A DNA stretch of 64,000 nucleotides from a virus (Duplodnaviria; Caudoviricetes): IMG/VR virus record IMGVR_UViG_3300037419_002279, positions 1-64,000 of that record. One strand, written 5' to 3'. Both the position numbers and the translations under genes were made by a program. Positions 1-9,847 of this stretch are shown in pieces (within the stretch, counting starts at the first letter, position 1; each line of letters begins with the position of its first letter). A model generated the notes under the pieces. It was not told the DNA's origin, searched no databases, and worked only from the letters and a program-made list of their open reading frames with translations.

Positions 1-1124
1 GGCAGGCGGATTTCGATGCCGCGTTCGGCACAACCCTCAATCACAGCCTGACCACGCCGCAGGGGCAGCTTGCGTCATCGGACGCGGCGATCATCGGCGA
101 CTGCTACGATCAGTTCACCGCCTTAGCGAACGGCGTCGACCCGGCCTACGCCGCCGGGCGGATGCAGGATGCGATCGGGCGGATCTACTTCATCAGCCGC
201 ATCCCCGCCGCTGCGACCGTTGTCCAGGCCGCCTGCACCGGTGCGACCGGCACCGTCATCCCGGTCGGCGCGCTGATCCGCGATGCCGCCGGCAATCAGT
301 ATGCGGCGACCGCCGGCGGCACGATCGACGGCACCGGCACGATCACCCTTGCCTTCGCCTGCACGGCGACCGGCGCGATTGCCTGCCCGGCGCAGACCTT
401 CACCATCGTCCGCGCCATCCCCGGCTGGGACACCGCGATCAGTTCGGCCGCCGGCACCGAAGGCAATGACGTCGAAACCCGGGACGCCTTCGAGCTGCGC
501 CGCGCGCAATCGGTCGCCGTCAACGCCCTCGGCACCATCCCCGCGATCACCGCGGCCTTGCTATCCGTCCCGGGCGTGCTGGATGTGTTCGTCACCGACA
601 ATTCGACCGGATCGCCGGTGACGACGGGCGGCGTGACGATCGCCGCGCATTCGATTTACGCCGCCGTCACCGGCGGCCTGGCCGCGGATGTCGCCTTCGC
701 GCTGTGGAAGAAGAAGCCGCCCGGCTGCGGCTACACCGGCAACACCACGGTGACGGTGCACGATACGATATCCGGCTATGCCGTCCCGCCCAGCTATTCG
801 GTGACGTTTCAGATCCCGACGCCGACGACGATCAAGTTCGCGGTCAGCATCGCCAACGGCTCGACCGTTCCCGGCGATGCCGCGGCGCAGATCCAGGCGG
901 CGATCATATCGGCCTTCTCGGGCGGCGATGGCGGCCCGCGGGCGCGCATCGGATCGACGATCTATGCGTCCCGCTTCTATGCGCCGGTCGCCGCCCTTGG
1001 GTCCTGGGTGCAGATCATCTCGATCCTGGTCGGCACGACGACGGCGAACCTCAATGACGTCGTCATGAACATCAACCAGGCGCCTGTCACCAGCGCGCCG
1101 AACATCACTGTCACGCTGGTCTGA
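1..1124 (+). CDS. Baseplate J-like protein (5' end outside window)
   Basis: Frame is open from position 3 (QADFDAAFG..TTPQGQLA..DPAYAAGRMQDAIGRIY); VETRDAFELRR and LLSVPGVLDVFV are typical of baseplate J; followed by a DUF2612 gene. Confidence 0.85.
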   Translation, partial: QADFDAAFGTTLNHSLTTPQGQLASSDAAIIGDCYDQFTALANGVDPAYAAGRMQDAIGRIYFISRIPAAATVVQAACTGATGTVIPVGALIRDAAGNQYAATAGGTIDGTGTITLAFACTATGAIACPAQTFTIVRAIPGWDTAISSAAGTEGNDVETRDAFELRRAQSVAVNALGTIPAITAALLSVPGVLDVFVTDNSTGSPVTTGGVTIAAHSIYAAVTGGLAADVAFALWKKKPPGCGYTGNTTVTVHDTISGYAVPPSYSVTFQIPTPTTIKFAVSIANGSTVPGDAAAQIQAAIISAFSGGDGGPRARIGSTIYASRFYAPVAALGSWVQIISILVGTTTANLNDVVMNINQAPVTSAPNITVTLV

Positions 1125-1696
1125 TGGAAAACCCCGATGCGACAGTCATGTCGCAGTTCGGAAACAGCAACATCATCCTGTCGCTGATCCGATCCTTCAA
1201 CACCGCGGTCGATCCCGCCCCACTGATCGATGCCTTCTACCTGCATGTCTGGGACATCCTGACCGCGAACGATTACGGCCTCGACGTCTGGGGCCGCATC
1301 GTCGGCGTGCAGCGGGTGTTCCAGGTCGCGGCTGATAAGTACTGGGGCTATGCGGAAGCGGGCACGATCAGCGCTGATCCCTACGGGCAGTCGCCGTTCT
1401 ACAACGGCGCGGCGTTGACGTCGAATTACCGGCTGTCGAACGAAACATTCAGGACGCTGATTCTAGCCAAGGCGGCGGCGAATATCTGCGACGGCTCGAC
1501 CGCGGCGATCAACGCGATCCTGATGGCGATGTTCCCGCACCGCGGCGACGCCTGGGTAGGCGACGGGCTGGATATGACGATGACCTACAACTTCGCTTTC
1601 ACGCCGCCGCTGACATCGATCGAGATTGCCATCATCAGCCAATCCGGCGTCATCCCGCGGCCGGCCGGTGTCAGCATATCGGTCGTCCAGCACTAA
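1124..1696 (+). CDS. DUF2612 baseplate wedge protein
   Basis: WDILTANDYGLDVWGRIVGVQR and FRTLILAKAAANI motifs; position after J. Confidence 0.85.
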   Translation: MENPDATVMSQFGNSNIILSLIRSFNTAVDPAPLIDAFYLHVWDILTANDYGLDVWGRIVGVQRVFQVAADKYWGYAEAGTISADPYGQSPFYNGAALTSNYRLSNETFRTLILAKAAANICDGSTAAINAILMAMFPHRGDAWVGDGLDMTMTYNFAFTPPLTSIEIAIISQSGVIPRPAGVSISVVQH

Positions 1697-1705
1697 GGAT
1701 TTCGC

Positions 1706-2773
1706 ATGCTGCTGTCAGCCATCCCGACGAAATTCGGCAGCGTCTGGGGCAATGCCGCCGGCGCCGGATATATCCGCACGATCCCGTCCGCCTCGCAGAT
1801 CGGCGTCCATGACGGCTGGGCCTCGCTCGCGGACGGGTTCCCGCCGCTGAATTTCGTTGCAGTCACGAGCGGGGGCGTGCCGCCGTTCGGTCAGGACCAC
1901 AACGGCATCCTCAAATGGGTGACGCAATGGCTGCAATGGCACGAGGCGGGCGGGACGATCCGCTACGATGCCGCGTTTGCCACTGCGATCGGCGGCTATC
2001 CCCAGGGCGCCGTGGTGCAGAGCACGACCAACGGCTATTTCTGGATCAACGCGGTCGATAACAACGCAAGCAATCCTGATTCCGGCGGCACCAACTGGAA
2101 GCTGTTCGAAGGCTTCCCGCGCATCTGGTCGGCGCTGAACACCTTCCAGGCGGGTGCCTATTCGACCGGGTTTGATGTCGGCGGGGCGAATTTCCGCGCC
2201 AATGGCGGGGGCAGCAATTCGTTCGTTGTGCGCGTTGACGGGTCGAACACCTATTTCCTGATTTCCGACACTGCGGCCGGCGGCTACAACGCCAAGCGGC
2301 CGATTACCATCGCACATTCCAACGGGCAGGTGACGATCGGCGGCAACGGCGAGCCGGTCGCGGTCGGCACCGGCGGGCTGTCGGTCAGCAGCACGGTCAC
2401 GGCCAACGCTGCCCGGCTGTCGTTCGGCGCTTATGGCAGCGGTGATGTGGCGCGCGCGGTGCGGCTTGGGGATTTCACCCTCTCAGGCGTGCCCGGCACG
2501 TTCTACGAAATCCTGCCGAACGGGCTCATCATCGAAGGCTTTGGCGGCGCGATCGGCGCGCTTGGCACCGGCACGCCGTATTCGCAGAACTTCACCGTCC
2601 CGCTCACTTTCCCCAACAATATCCTGTTCACCATTGCCACCTGGGGCGGCTTCACCCCGCCGAATACCGGCACGATCGCCGCGAACGTCGCCTCGCCCTC
2701 GCAGGTGACCATTTCGATCAACGCGCCGTCCGGCCCGAGCTATGGGTTCACCTGTTTCGTTGTGGGATACTGA
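1706..2773 (+). CDS. Tail fibre protein
   Basis: N-terminal GFPPLNF..GGVPPFGQDHNGIL..YDAAFATAIGGYPQGAVV fibre-attachment region; C-terminal LPNGLII..TFP gp53-like region. Confidence 0.8.
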   Translation: MLLSAIPTKFGSVWGNAAGAGYIRTIPSASQIGVHDGWASLADGFPPLNFVAVTSGGVPPFGQDHNGILKWVTQWLQWHEAGGTIRYDAAFATAIGGYPQGAVVQSTTNGYFWINAVDNNASNPDSGGTNWKLFEGFPRIWSALNTFQAGAYSTGFDVGGANFRANGGGSNSFVVRVDGSNTYFLISDTAAGGYNAKRPITIAHSNGQVTIGGNGEPVAVGTGGLSVSSTVTANAARLSFGAYGSGDVARAVRLGDFTLSGVPGTFYEILPNGLIIEGFGGAIGALGTGTPYSQNFTVPLTFPNNILFTIATWGGFTPPNTGTIAANVASPSQVTISINAPSGPSYGFTCFVVGY

Positions 2774-3306
2774 TGCTGTACGCGCAATTCGACCACACCG
2801 CGCCGTCGCCGGCCCCGGTGATCGGCTGGTATGACACCGAGGCGTTCAGCTATCCGTCGCTGCCGGCGTCGGCCGATCTGCTGAGCATGACGCAGCAGCA
2901 ATGGGACGCGCGCATGGACGGCCATTGGGCGGTCCAGGGCGGCACGCTCGTTCCCTACACCCCGCCGATGCCGGAACTGAGCCTGCGCGCGCAGGCCGAG
3001 GCGGCGCTGATCGCGGGCGTGTCCATCGTCAGCACCAGCAATCCCGCGCTCGATGGTGTCTATCCGATGACGCCTGAGATGCGGTCGGACATCCAGGCCG
3101 AGGTGCTGTCGCTTGTGGTGAACCAATCGTTCACCAATCAAGGCACGGTGATCGGCATCGGCGATATCAGCAACACGCTGCACACCTTCGCCGCGGATAA
3201 TTTCATTCCGTTCGCTACCGCCTATGGCCGGCATGTCGGGCAGTTGCGCGCGGTGCAGATCAGCAACGAGGGCACGCTGCCAAGCCAGCCCGTGACGATT
3301 CCGTAG
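2773..3306 (+). CDS. Tail fibre assembly/chaperone-like protein
   Basis: Translationally coupled after the fibre; VIGWYDT..YPSLP N-terminus. Confidence 0.55.
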   Translation: MLYAQFDHTAPSPAPVIGWYDTEAFSYPSLPASADLLSMTQQQWDARMDGHWAVQGGTLVPYTPPMPELSLRAQAEAALIAGVSIVSTSNPALDGVYPMTPEMRSDIQAEVLSLVVNQSFTNQGTVIGIGDISNTLHTFAADNFIPFATAYGRHVGQLRAVQISNEGTLPSQPVTIP

Positions 3307-3316
3307 GAGCGCAGCT

Positions 3317-3760
3317 ATGACCGCTATGTCGGACTACCTGGAAAACAAGCTGATCGATCACGTCTTCCGCGGCGTTGCCTATACCGCGCCGGCCGGGCTG
3401 TATGTCGCGCTGCTGACCGCAGCGCCTTCGGACACCGGCGGCGGCACAGAGGTGTCCGGCGGCTCTTACGCGCGCGTCAATCTGGCGCCGAGCACGACGA
3501 ACTGGGCGTCAACGGGCGGCGCGGGAACGACAACCAACCCAAGCGCCGGAACGTCCGGGACCACGTCCAACAACTCGACCATTACGTTCGCATCGCCGAC
3601 GGCGAACTGGGGCACGATTACCCATGTGGGGATCTATGACGCCTCAACCGCTGGGAACCTGCTGGTCTGGACCGCCCTGACAACGTCGAAGACGGTCAAT
3701 AACGGCGACGCCGCACCGAGCTTTGCCGCCGGTGCGCTGACCTTCCAGATCGACAACTAA
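3317..3760 (+). CDS. Conserved virion-associated protein (SDYLENKLIDH..EVSGGSYAR family)
   Basis: MSDYLENKLIDHVFRG, EVSGGSYARV, WGTITHVGIYDA motifs; GGAG RBS. Confidence 0.6.
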   Translation: MTAMSDYLENKLIDHVFRGVAYTAPAGLYVALLTAAPSDTGGGTEVSGGSYARVNLAPSTTNWASTGGAGTTTNPSAGTSGTTSNNSTITFASPTANWGTITHVGIYDASTAGNLLVWTALTTSKTVNNGDAAPSFAAGALTFQIDN

Positions 3761-3772
3761 GGGGCCTGACCG

Positions 3773-4225
3773 GTGGCGACAATCCTCGAACGCACGACGC
3801 CAAGCGCGATCGGAACGTCGCCCTTTACGTCCGCCGATCTGACGTCGCTGGCAGCGGGCGCGTATATCCTTGGCAGCAATGCGATCACGCCACCGGCGAC
3901 AGCGACGTTGCTCGACTTTCGGCTCGTGCTGCCGTCGTCGATAACCCCGACAGCCGGCGGAACAGTCACCCTGTTTTTCCTGCCGCAAGTCGATGGCACG
4001 AACTATCCGAACCCGCCGGGCAGTACGACGGCCGCCGTGCCGTCGCAGTATTACGCCGGGAGCTACGTATTCAACGGCAACGCAACGACGGTCATCGATA
4101 TTCTCAACATGCGATGCCCCGACTACACGTTCGAGGTCGCCTGCTGGAACAACGGCAGCGTCAGTTTCCCCAGCAGCGGAACGTTCACCAACACGCTCTA
4201 CGGCAAAAGCTATCAGATGGTGTGA
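3773..4225 (+). CDS. Hypothetical virion-associated protein
   Basis: GTG start after GGGG; Thr/Ser-rich beta-type composition; packed in the operon. Confidence 0.5.
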   Translation: MATILERTTPSAIGTSPFTSADLTSLAAGAYILGSNAITPPATATLLDFRLVLPSSITPTAGGTVTLFFLPQVDGTNYPNPPGSTTAAVPSQYYAGSYVFNGNATTVIDILNMRCPDYTFEVACWNNGSVSFPSSGTFTNTLYGKSYQMV

Positions 4226-4231
4226 CCGGCT

Positions 4232-7200
4232 ATGCCGGTTGATTTCCCAACTCTGCTCGGAGCGCGGGATACCCGGTTAGTACCCGGCGCCTCAACACGG
4301 GTCGAGCTTGATCCAACGCATTGGGCCGCCAACAGCACGACCGGACTGTGGCTACCAGGCGCGTCGCTGATCAACTACGGCGCGGCGGGCGGCCTTCTCA
4401 GTGGCGCGGCAGGCGGCACGTTCGCGGCGGGCGCCGGGCCGGGTCTGATCGTCCCCAGCGCCGGCCTCAATACCGGCCTGACGGCAGTCAATCTCGGCAT
4501 CGACGGCAATAAGCGGCGCACGTCATTCGGTCATATCTACTGGCCTGACGTCGCGACGCAGATGGTGTTTCTGTTCCTGGGGAGCAACGGGACAGCAAAC
4601 GGCGGCGATGACCATAACACCGACTGGTCGTTAGCCAAGGTCGACAATACCACCCTCAAGGTCAACACCTGGTATAACGACGCTCTCGTCACGCCGGTCC
4701 CCGGTAGTGGCGACTGCCTGATCACCTTCGCTGTGACCTATGACGGCAGCGGCGGCATCAGGCTCACCTCGCGCTGGCAAAAGCTGACCGGAACTGGCGT
4801 CGGCAGCGAGCGGATTGACACGCAAACCACCTCGTTCGGAACCCTCGCCACCAACCCGATCAATACATTCATCATCGGTAACGGCTGGATCGGCAACTGG
4901 ACGCAGCCGATCTACTCGGCCGGCATAGCCAACCGCGACTGGACCGCCGCCGAGTGCCTCGACTACGTCACCAACCCGTACGCTCTGCTGCGGCCGCGGG
5001 TTCTGCGATCCTACGCGTTTTCGTCCGCCCCAAGCGGCCTTGCCGCCAACGCCGCCGACGTCAGCACGGCGACCGCGGCGCTGACGACGGCGATCCGCCT
5101 CGCCGCTAGCGCCAGCGCGACGGCAACCGCAACCGGCTCGATGGCGGCGGTTCTCGTTGCGAACGCAACAGACACCGCGACAGCAACCGCGGATCTGACG
5201 ACCCAGTCGCGGAAGACCGTTTTCATTACGACGACCGGCGCGGGCAGCTACACAATCCCCGCCGACTTCGGCTCGCTTGTATCGCTATCGGCGATCGGTG
5301 CCGGCGGCACATCATCAGGCCGAGCGGGTGCGGGCGGCGGCGCCTATGCGCAGTCCACCACCGTCAGCGGCATGGTGGCCGGCGGCACGCTCTGGTACTC
5401 CGTCGGCGCATCGGCAGCGAGCACAGCCGGCGGCGACACCTGGGCCAATGCCGCATCGAACGCGGCGCCGACGCTGTCCAGCCAGGGCGTGCTGGCGAAG
5501 GGCGGCGGCACCAGCTCAACGACGACCGGTGCACCCGGCGGCGCATCAGGGTCGTCTGTCGGCAACACGGTATTTTCAGGCGGTGCCGGCGGCGCTGCCA
5601 ACAACAACTCGGGCGGCGGTGGTGGTGCGGGCGGTCCGTCCGGCAACGGCAACACGGGTGGCGCCGGTCATACCACCAATAACCGCGGATCAGGCGGTGG
5701 TGGCGCTGCGAATGGCGGCACCGTCGGCGGCGCCGGCGCAGCCAATGCCGGCGGCACCGGCGGCGGTGGCGGCGGTGCTGGATCGGGCACAACCGGTGTA
5801 GCGGCCAGCAACGGCACCGCTCCTGGCTCGGGCGGCGGCGGTGGCTTCGGGGCCACGTCAATCGGCGGCTCCGGGAGTTCCACGTCCGCGATCTGGACGC
5901 AGACCTCGAACGGTGCCACGGCCGGGCCGGGCGGCGGTGGCGGCGGCGGTGGGTCCGGGACAGTGCCGGCCGGAGCCTATGGCGGCGGTGGCGGCGGCAC
6001 GGTCGTTGCCAGTTCCACCTATCTCGGCGGCCAGGGCATCCTGGTCCTCGTCTACAACGCCAGCACGGGCGCGGCGCTGGCAGGATCAGCGACCGACACG
6101 GCGACGGGCAGCGCTGGGCTGACGACCGCCATCCAGGCGGCGGCGAACGCAACAGCCGCCGCGACGTCCACCGCCGGCCTGACGACGTCCATCAGGCTTG
6201 CCGGCGCGGCGACGGACACGAGCACCGCCACAGCGGGCCTGACGACCGCCCTTCAGTGTGCAGCGGCGGCGACCGGCGTCGGGACCGCGACGGCCGGCCT
6301 GACCACTGCCATCCAACTGGCGGCCACCGCCGCCGACACCGCGACCGCAACGGCCGCCTTCCAATCAGCGGCGGCTGCGCTCGCCGCTGATGCGTCCGCG
6401 ACGTCGATGGCCACGGCCGGCCTGACGACCGCCATCACCTGCGCGGCCACGGCAGCGGATACAGCGGCCGCGACGGCGGGCCTGAGCACGGCCGTCGTTT
6501 GCAGCGCGGCGGCGTCAGCGGCGTCCACCGCGACCGCTGGACTGACCACCGCGATCACCTGCGCGGCGGCCGCGTCCGATGCGGCGACGGCCGCCGCCGG
6601 GCTCACGACAGCGATCCGCCTTGCCGGCGCGGCGGCGGATGTCAGCACGGCCAGCGCCGGCCTGACCACGGCCATCCAGTGTGCGGCAGCCGCAAGCGAT
6701 ACCGCGACCGCCACGGCCGGGCTCTCGACCGCCATCCAGCTTGCCGCCGCCGCGACGGATAGCGCGACGGCATCGGCCGCCTTGCTGGTGCCCGGGGCGC
6801 TGGCCGCCAACGCCCTAGCCCTATCGACCGGCACTGCCGGCCTGACAACGGCGATCCGGGCGGCGGCGACTGCGAGCGATGCCGCGATCGCGACGGCGGG
6901 TCTGACGACTGCGATTGTCTGCAACGCGGCGGCGACGGCGGCATCGAGCGCGACCGCGGGCCTCTCGACGGCAATCACCTGCGCGGCTGCTGCGACTGAT
7001 ACAGCGACCGCCAGCGCGGGCCTGGCGACCGCGATCCGGCTTGTTGCCGCTGCCGCCGATGCCGCGACGGCGACGGCCAGCCTGCAAGGTGCAACAGCGA
7101 CGCTAGGCGCCAATGCGTCCGCGGCATCGAGTGCAACCGCGGGTCTGACCACGGCGATCATCTGCGCGGCGGCGGCGGTCAATGTCGCCAGCACGACAGC

Positions 7201-7585
7201 CGGGCTGACGACGGCGATCACCTGCACGGCCGCCGCAGGCGATGCGGCGACAGCCGGCGCGACCCTGACGACGGCGATCCCGCTTGCCGCCAATGCGGTG
7301 GATGTTTCGTCAGCGACGGCCGATCTGGTCGCGCCGATGGGCGCCTGGACTGCTGCCGCCAATGCGACCGCCGCGGCCAGCGCCGATCTGACGACAGACA
7401 TCCGGCTTGCCGCCAACGCGATCGTCAGCATGCAGGTCAGCGGCTGGATGCGCGCCTATCAGCTTCGGCCCGCACCGCCCGCGCGCACGGTCGGCAGCCC
7501 GGAAGGCGTTCGCCAGATCCGGGGCGGCGTCGCCGGTCGGATGGTCCGAGGCGATGCGTGCGACCGCACACAGCGGGGTGTCTAA
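4232..7585 (+). CDS. Large virion-surface protein: LamG/ConA-like N-terminus, Gly-rich domain, Ala/Thr repeats
   Basis: 1117-aa ORF; Gly-rich 5220-6060; AGLTTAI repeats about 6110-7300. Confidence 0.6.
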   Translation: MPVDFPTLLGARDTRLVPGASTRVELDPTHWAANSTTGLWLPGASLINYGAAGGLLSGAAGGTFAAGAGPGLIVPSAGLNTGLTAVNLGIDGNKRRTSFGHIYWPDVATQMVFLFLGSNGTANGGDDHNTDWSLAKVDNTTLKVNTWYNDALVTPVPGSGDCLITFAVTYDGSGGIRLTSRWQKLTGTGVGSERIDTQTTSFGTLATNPINTFIIGNGWIGNWTQPIYSAGIANRDWTAAECLDYVTNPYALLRPRVLRSYAFSSAPSGLAANAADVSTATAALTTAIRLAASASATATATGSMAAVLVANATDTATATADLTTQSRKTVFITTTGAGSYTIPADFGSLVSLSAIGAGGTSSGRAGAGGGAYAQSTTVSGMVAGGTLWYSVGASAASTAGGDTWANAASNAAPTLSSQGVLAKGGGTSSTTTGAPGGASGSSVGNTVFSGGAGGAANNNSGGGGGAGGPSGNGNTGGAGHTTNNRGSGGGGAANGGTVGGAGAANAGGTGGGGGGAGSGTTGVAASNGTAPGSGGGGGFGATSIGGSGSSTSAIWTQTSNGATAGPGGGGGGGGSGTVPAGAYGGGGGGTVVASSTYLGGQGILVLVYNASTGAALAGSATDTATGSAGLTTAIQAAANATAAATSTAGLTTSIRLAGAATDTSTATAGLTTALQCAAAATGVGTATAGLTTAIQLAATAADTATATAAFQSAAAALAADASATSMATAGLTTAITCAATAADTAAATAGLSTAVVCSAAASAASTATAGLTTAITCAAAASDAATAAAGLTTAIRLAGAAADVSTASAGLTTAIQCAAAASDTATATAGLSTAIQLAAAATDSATASAALLVPGALAANALALSTGTAGLTTAIRAAATASDAAIATAGLTTAIVCNAAATAASSATAGLSTAITCAAAATDTATASAGLATAIRLVAAAADAATATASLQGATATLGANASAASSATAGLTTAIICAAAAVNVASTTAGLTTAITCTAAAGDAATAGATLTTAIPLAANAVDVSSATADLVAPMGAWTAAANATAAASADLTTDIRLAANAIVSMQVSGWMRAYQLRPAPPARTVGSPEGVRQIRGGVAGRMVRGDACDRTQRGV
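6110..7300 (+). repeat. Coding tandem repeat of about 19 aa (AGLTTAIxxAAxAxDxATAT)
   Basis: AG(L)(T/S)TA(I/V) recurs roughly 18-20 times at about 57-nt period. Confidence 0.85.
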
Positions 7586-8217
7586 TGAGCTACAGCGCCA
7601 TAACCCTCTACCGGACCTGGCCATCGTCCGGACCGCTTCAGGCGCCGGACAGCGATCTAGACTATTCCTACGACGCGGCCATCGAAACACAGGACGGGGC
7701 GGATCCGATCGTGGAAGCATCGATCGCGGTGCAGCCGTCCGGCGCCGGCGAAGTGTCCGCCCACGATTTCTCGGTCGCCGGCAGTGTGCTGACGGTGTGG
7801 ATGCGCGGCGGCGTCGCCGGCCGTCGCTACCGGGTCAGGCTCGAATTCGCCACCGCGTCGGGTCGGGCGTTCGAGCGGATCATCATGCTGCCGATCGATC
7901 CGATCCTGGCGACGTTCCCCGTGCCGACGGTGTCCAGCACCGCGTTTTCTGATCCGCTGACCTGGACGCCGCTCGGGCAGGCCCGCGATAGCGATGGCAA
8001 CCTGGTGGTCGATTCCGACGGCAATCCGCTGTTCACCAGCGATGTCAGCGGCAGCAGCGGCGGCAGTACCGCCCAGCAGGCGACGGACAGCGCCGGCAAT
8101 CTGCTGTTCGATTCGGACGGCAACCCGGTGTTCACGTCCGAGGCCCCCGGCAGCACGTCAGGCGACATCACGATCCTGGTGGGCGCCGACGGGGCCGTTC
8201 TGACTCCGGGGGGCTGA
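7585..8217 (+). CDS. Fibre-tail adaptor-like protein with C-terminal DSDGN repeats
   Basis: TAATG coupling at 7583-7587; PDSDLDYSYD..LTVWMRGG..YRVRLEF..SGRAFER; three DS(D/A)GN repeats. Confidence 0.55.
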   Translation: MSYSAITLYRTWPSSGPLQAPDSDLDYSYDAAIETQDGADPIVEASIAVQPSGAGEVSAHDFSVAGSVLTVWMRGGVAGRRYRVRLEFATASGRAFERIIMLPIDPILATFPVPTVSSTAFSDPLTWTPLGQARDSDGNLVVDSDGNPLFTSDVSGSSGGSTAQQATDSAGNLLFDSDGNPVFTSEAPGSTSGDITILVGADGAVLTPGG

Positions 8218-8221
8218 TCCC

Positions 8222-9847
8222 ATGACGACGGTGTACCGCACGTTCAACGCGAGCGATATCGCGTACGCGCTGGGCCATCCGCTGGCGATCAGCGGCCCGG
8301 TGACCGTATCCGGCCCCTATACCCTACGGCTGAACCTGACGGCCGACACGCAATTGACATTGCCGCCCTCGGGCCAGTTGGCGACGCTGCCGATCTTCAC
8401 CGCACAGATCGCCGACTGGGCGGCCGCGACCGGCGCCTTTGTCCCCCCGGTGTCGTCGGTCGCCGGGCGCACGGGCAATGTTGTCCTTTCGGCGGCCGAC
8501 ATCCCGGATCTCTCGGCGACAGACATCCCGGACTTCGCGTCGTGGGCCGCGGCGGCTGCGCCGATTCGGACCGTGTTCGGCCGCACGGGTGACATCGCCT
8601 TGCAGGTCGCTGATCTGCCCGCCTCGGGCGTCGCCCCCGGCGTCTACACCCGCGCAACCGTCACGGTCGATGCAGCCGGGCGCGTCACATCGGCGTCCAG
8701 CGGCAGTGCCAGTGCGGGCACGGTCAGCAGCGTCGGCCTGTCGATGCCGTCGGGCTTTACTGTCGCCGGATCCCCGGTCACAGCCTCGGGCACGATCGGC
8801 GTCACGCTGACCAGCCAGACTGCCAAATTCGTCCTGGCCGCGCCCACCGGTTCGGCCGGCGTCCCGTCCTGGCGGCAACTCGTCACCGCAGACATCTCGA
8901 ATTTCACGACCGACGCCGCCGCTGCCGCGCCGGTGCAGAGCGTCTTCGGGCGCGGGGGCACCGTCGTGCTGCAAGCCGGGGATTTGCCCACATCCGGCGT
9001 GACCGCCGGCAGCTACACGGCCGCAAACATCACCGTCGATGCCGCCGGCCGCGTGACGTCTGCGGCCAACGGATCGTCTGGCAGCGGCTCGGGCACGGTG
9101 ACCAGCGTCGATATGACCGTGCCCTCCGGATTCGCGGTCAGCGGCAATCCGGTCACCGGCGCCGGCACGCTGGCGATCAGCCTGACCAGCCAGACGGCGA
9201 AATTTGTCCTCGCCGCGCCGACCGGCTCGGCGGGTGCGCCGTCATGGCGGCAACTGGCCGCGGGCGACGTCTCGGGCCTCGCCGCGTCGGCGACGACGGA
9301 TGCCACCAATGCGGCGAATATCGGCAGCGGCAACCTGCCGGCGGCGCGGATCACGGCGAACCTGTCGTCGGCGATCGATACCGCGGTCGGATCGACGCGC
9401 GGCGCGGTGCTCTATCGCGGCGCATCGGGCTGGGCGATTCTGGCGCCCGGAACGTCGGGTAATGTGCTTCAGACCAACGGCGCCGGCGCTGACCCGTCCT
9501 GGGCGGCCCAGACCGGCGGCTCGGGCACAGGCACCGTCCCGGTCACGACCGTCGCCGCGTCAGGCACGGCGCAGACGATCAGCTTCCCTGCGGCCGGATC
9601 GGTCGCCTACGACGTGACCCTGACCGGGAACTGCACCTTCAGCCTTTCGGGCGGCACGGCGGGCCAGCTTCAGACCATCACGCTGATTCTGCGCGAAGAC
9701 GCGACCGCAGGGCGCACGATCACCCTGCCCGGCACGATCAAGTGGTCGGGCGGCCTCGCGCCAACCTTCGATACCGGGGCCGGCGCCATCAACATCGTCC
9801 GGCTGATGACGCCGGATGCCGGTGCGACGGTCTTCGGAAGCTACTAA
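8222..9847 (+). CDS. Fibre-like repeat protein, copy A
   Basis: V(S/Q)SV(A/F)GRTG.V.L, VT.GSYT.ANITVD..GRVT and GTVTSV repeats typical of fibre shafts. Confidence 0.6.
   Translation: MTTVYRTFNASDIAYALGHPLAISGPVTVSGPYTLRLNLTADTQLTLPPSGQLATLPIFTAQIADWAAATGAFVPPVSSVAGRTGNVVLSAADIPDLSATDIPDFASWAAAAAPIRTVFGRTGDIALQVADLPASGVAPGVYTRATVTVDAAGRVTSASSGSASAGTVSSVGLSMPSGFTVAGSPVTASGTIGVTLTSQTAKFVLAAPTGSAGVPSWRQLVTADISNFTTDAAAAAPVQSVFGRGGTVVLQAGDLPTSGVTAGSYTAANITVDAAGRVTSAANGSSGSGSGTVTSVDMTVPSGFAVSGNPVTGAGTLAISLTSQTAKFVLAAPTGSAGAPSWRQLAAGDVSGLAASATTDATNAANIGSGNLPAARITANLSSAIDTAVGSTRGAVLYRGASGWAILAPGTSGNVLQTNGAGADPSWAAQTGGSGTGTVPVTTVAASGTAQTISFPAAGSVAYDVTLTGNCTFSLSGGTAGQLQTITLILREDATAGRTITLPGTIKWSGGLAPTFDTGAGAINIVRLMTPDAGATVFGSY

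Noticed and set aside
6253-7431. Long antisense ORFs in the track (e.g. 6253-7431, 28298-29653, 31813-32988, 51484-53061, 54563-55624, 61004-61963)
   Set aside because: Shadow frames of real genes in high-GC DNA, with no RBS or recognisable motifs.
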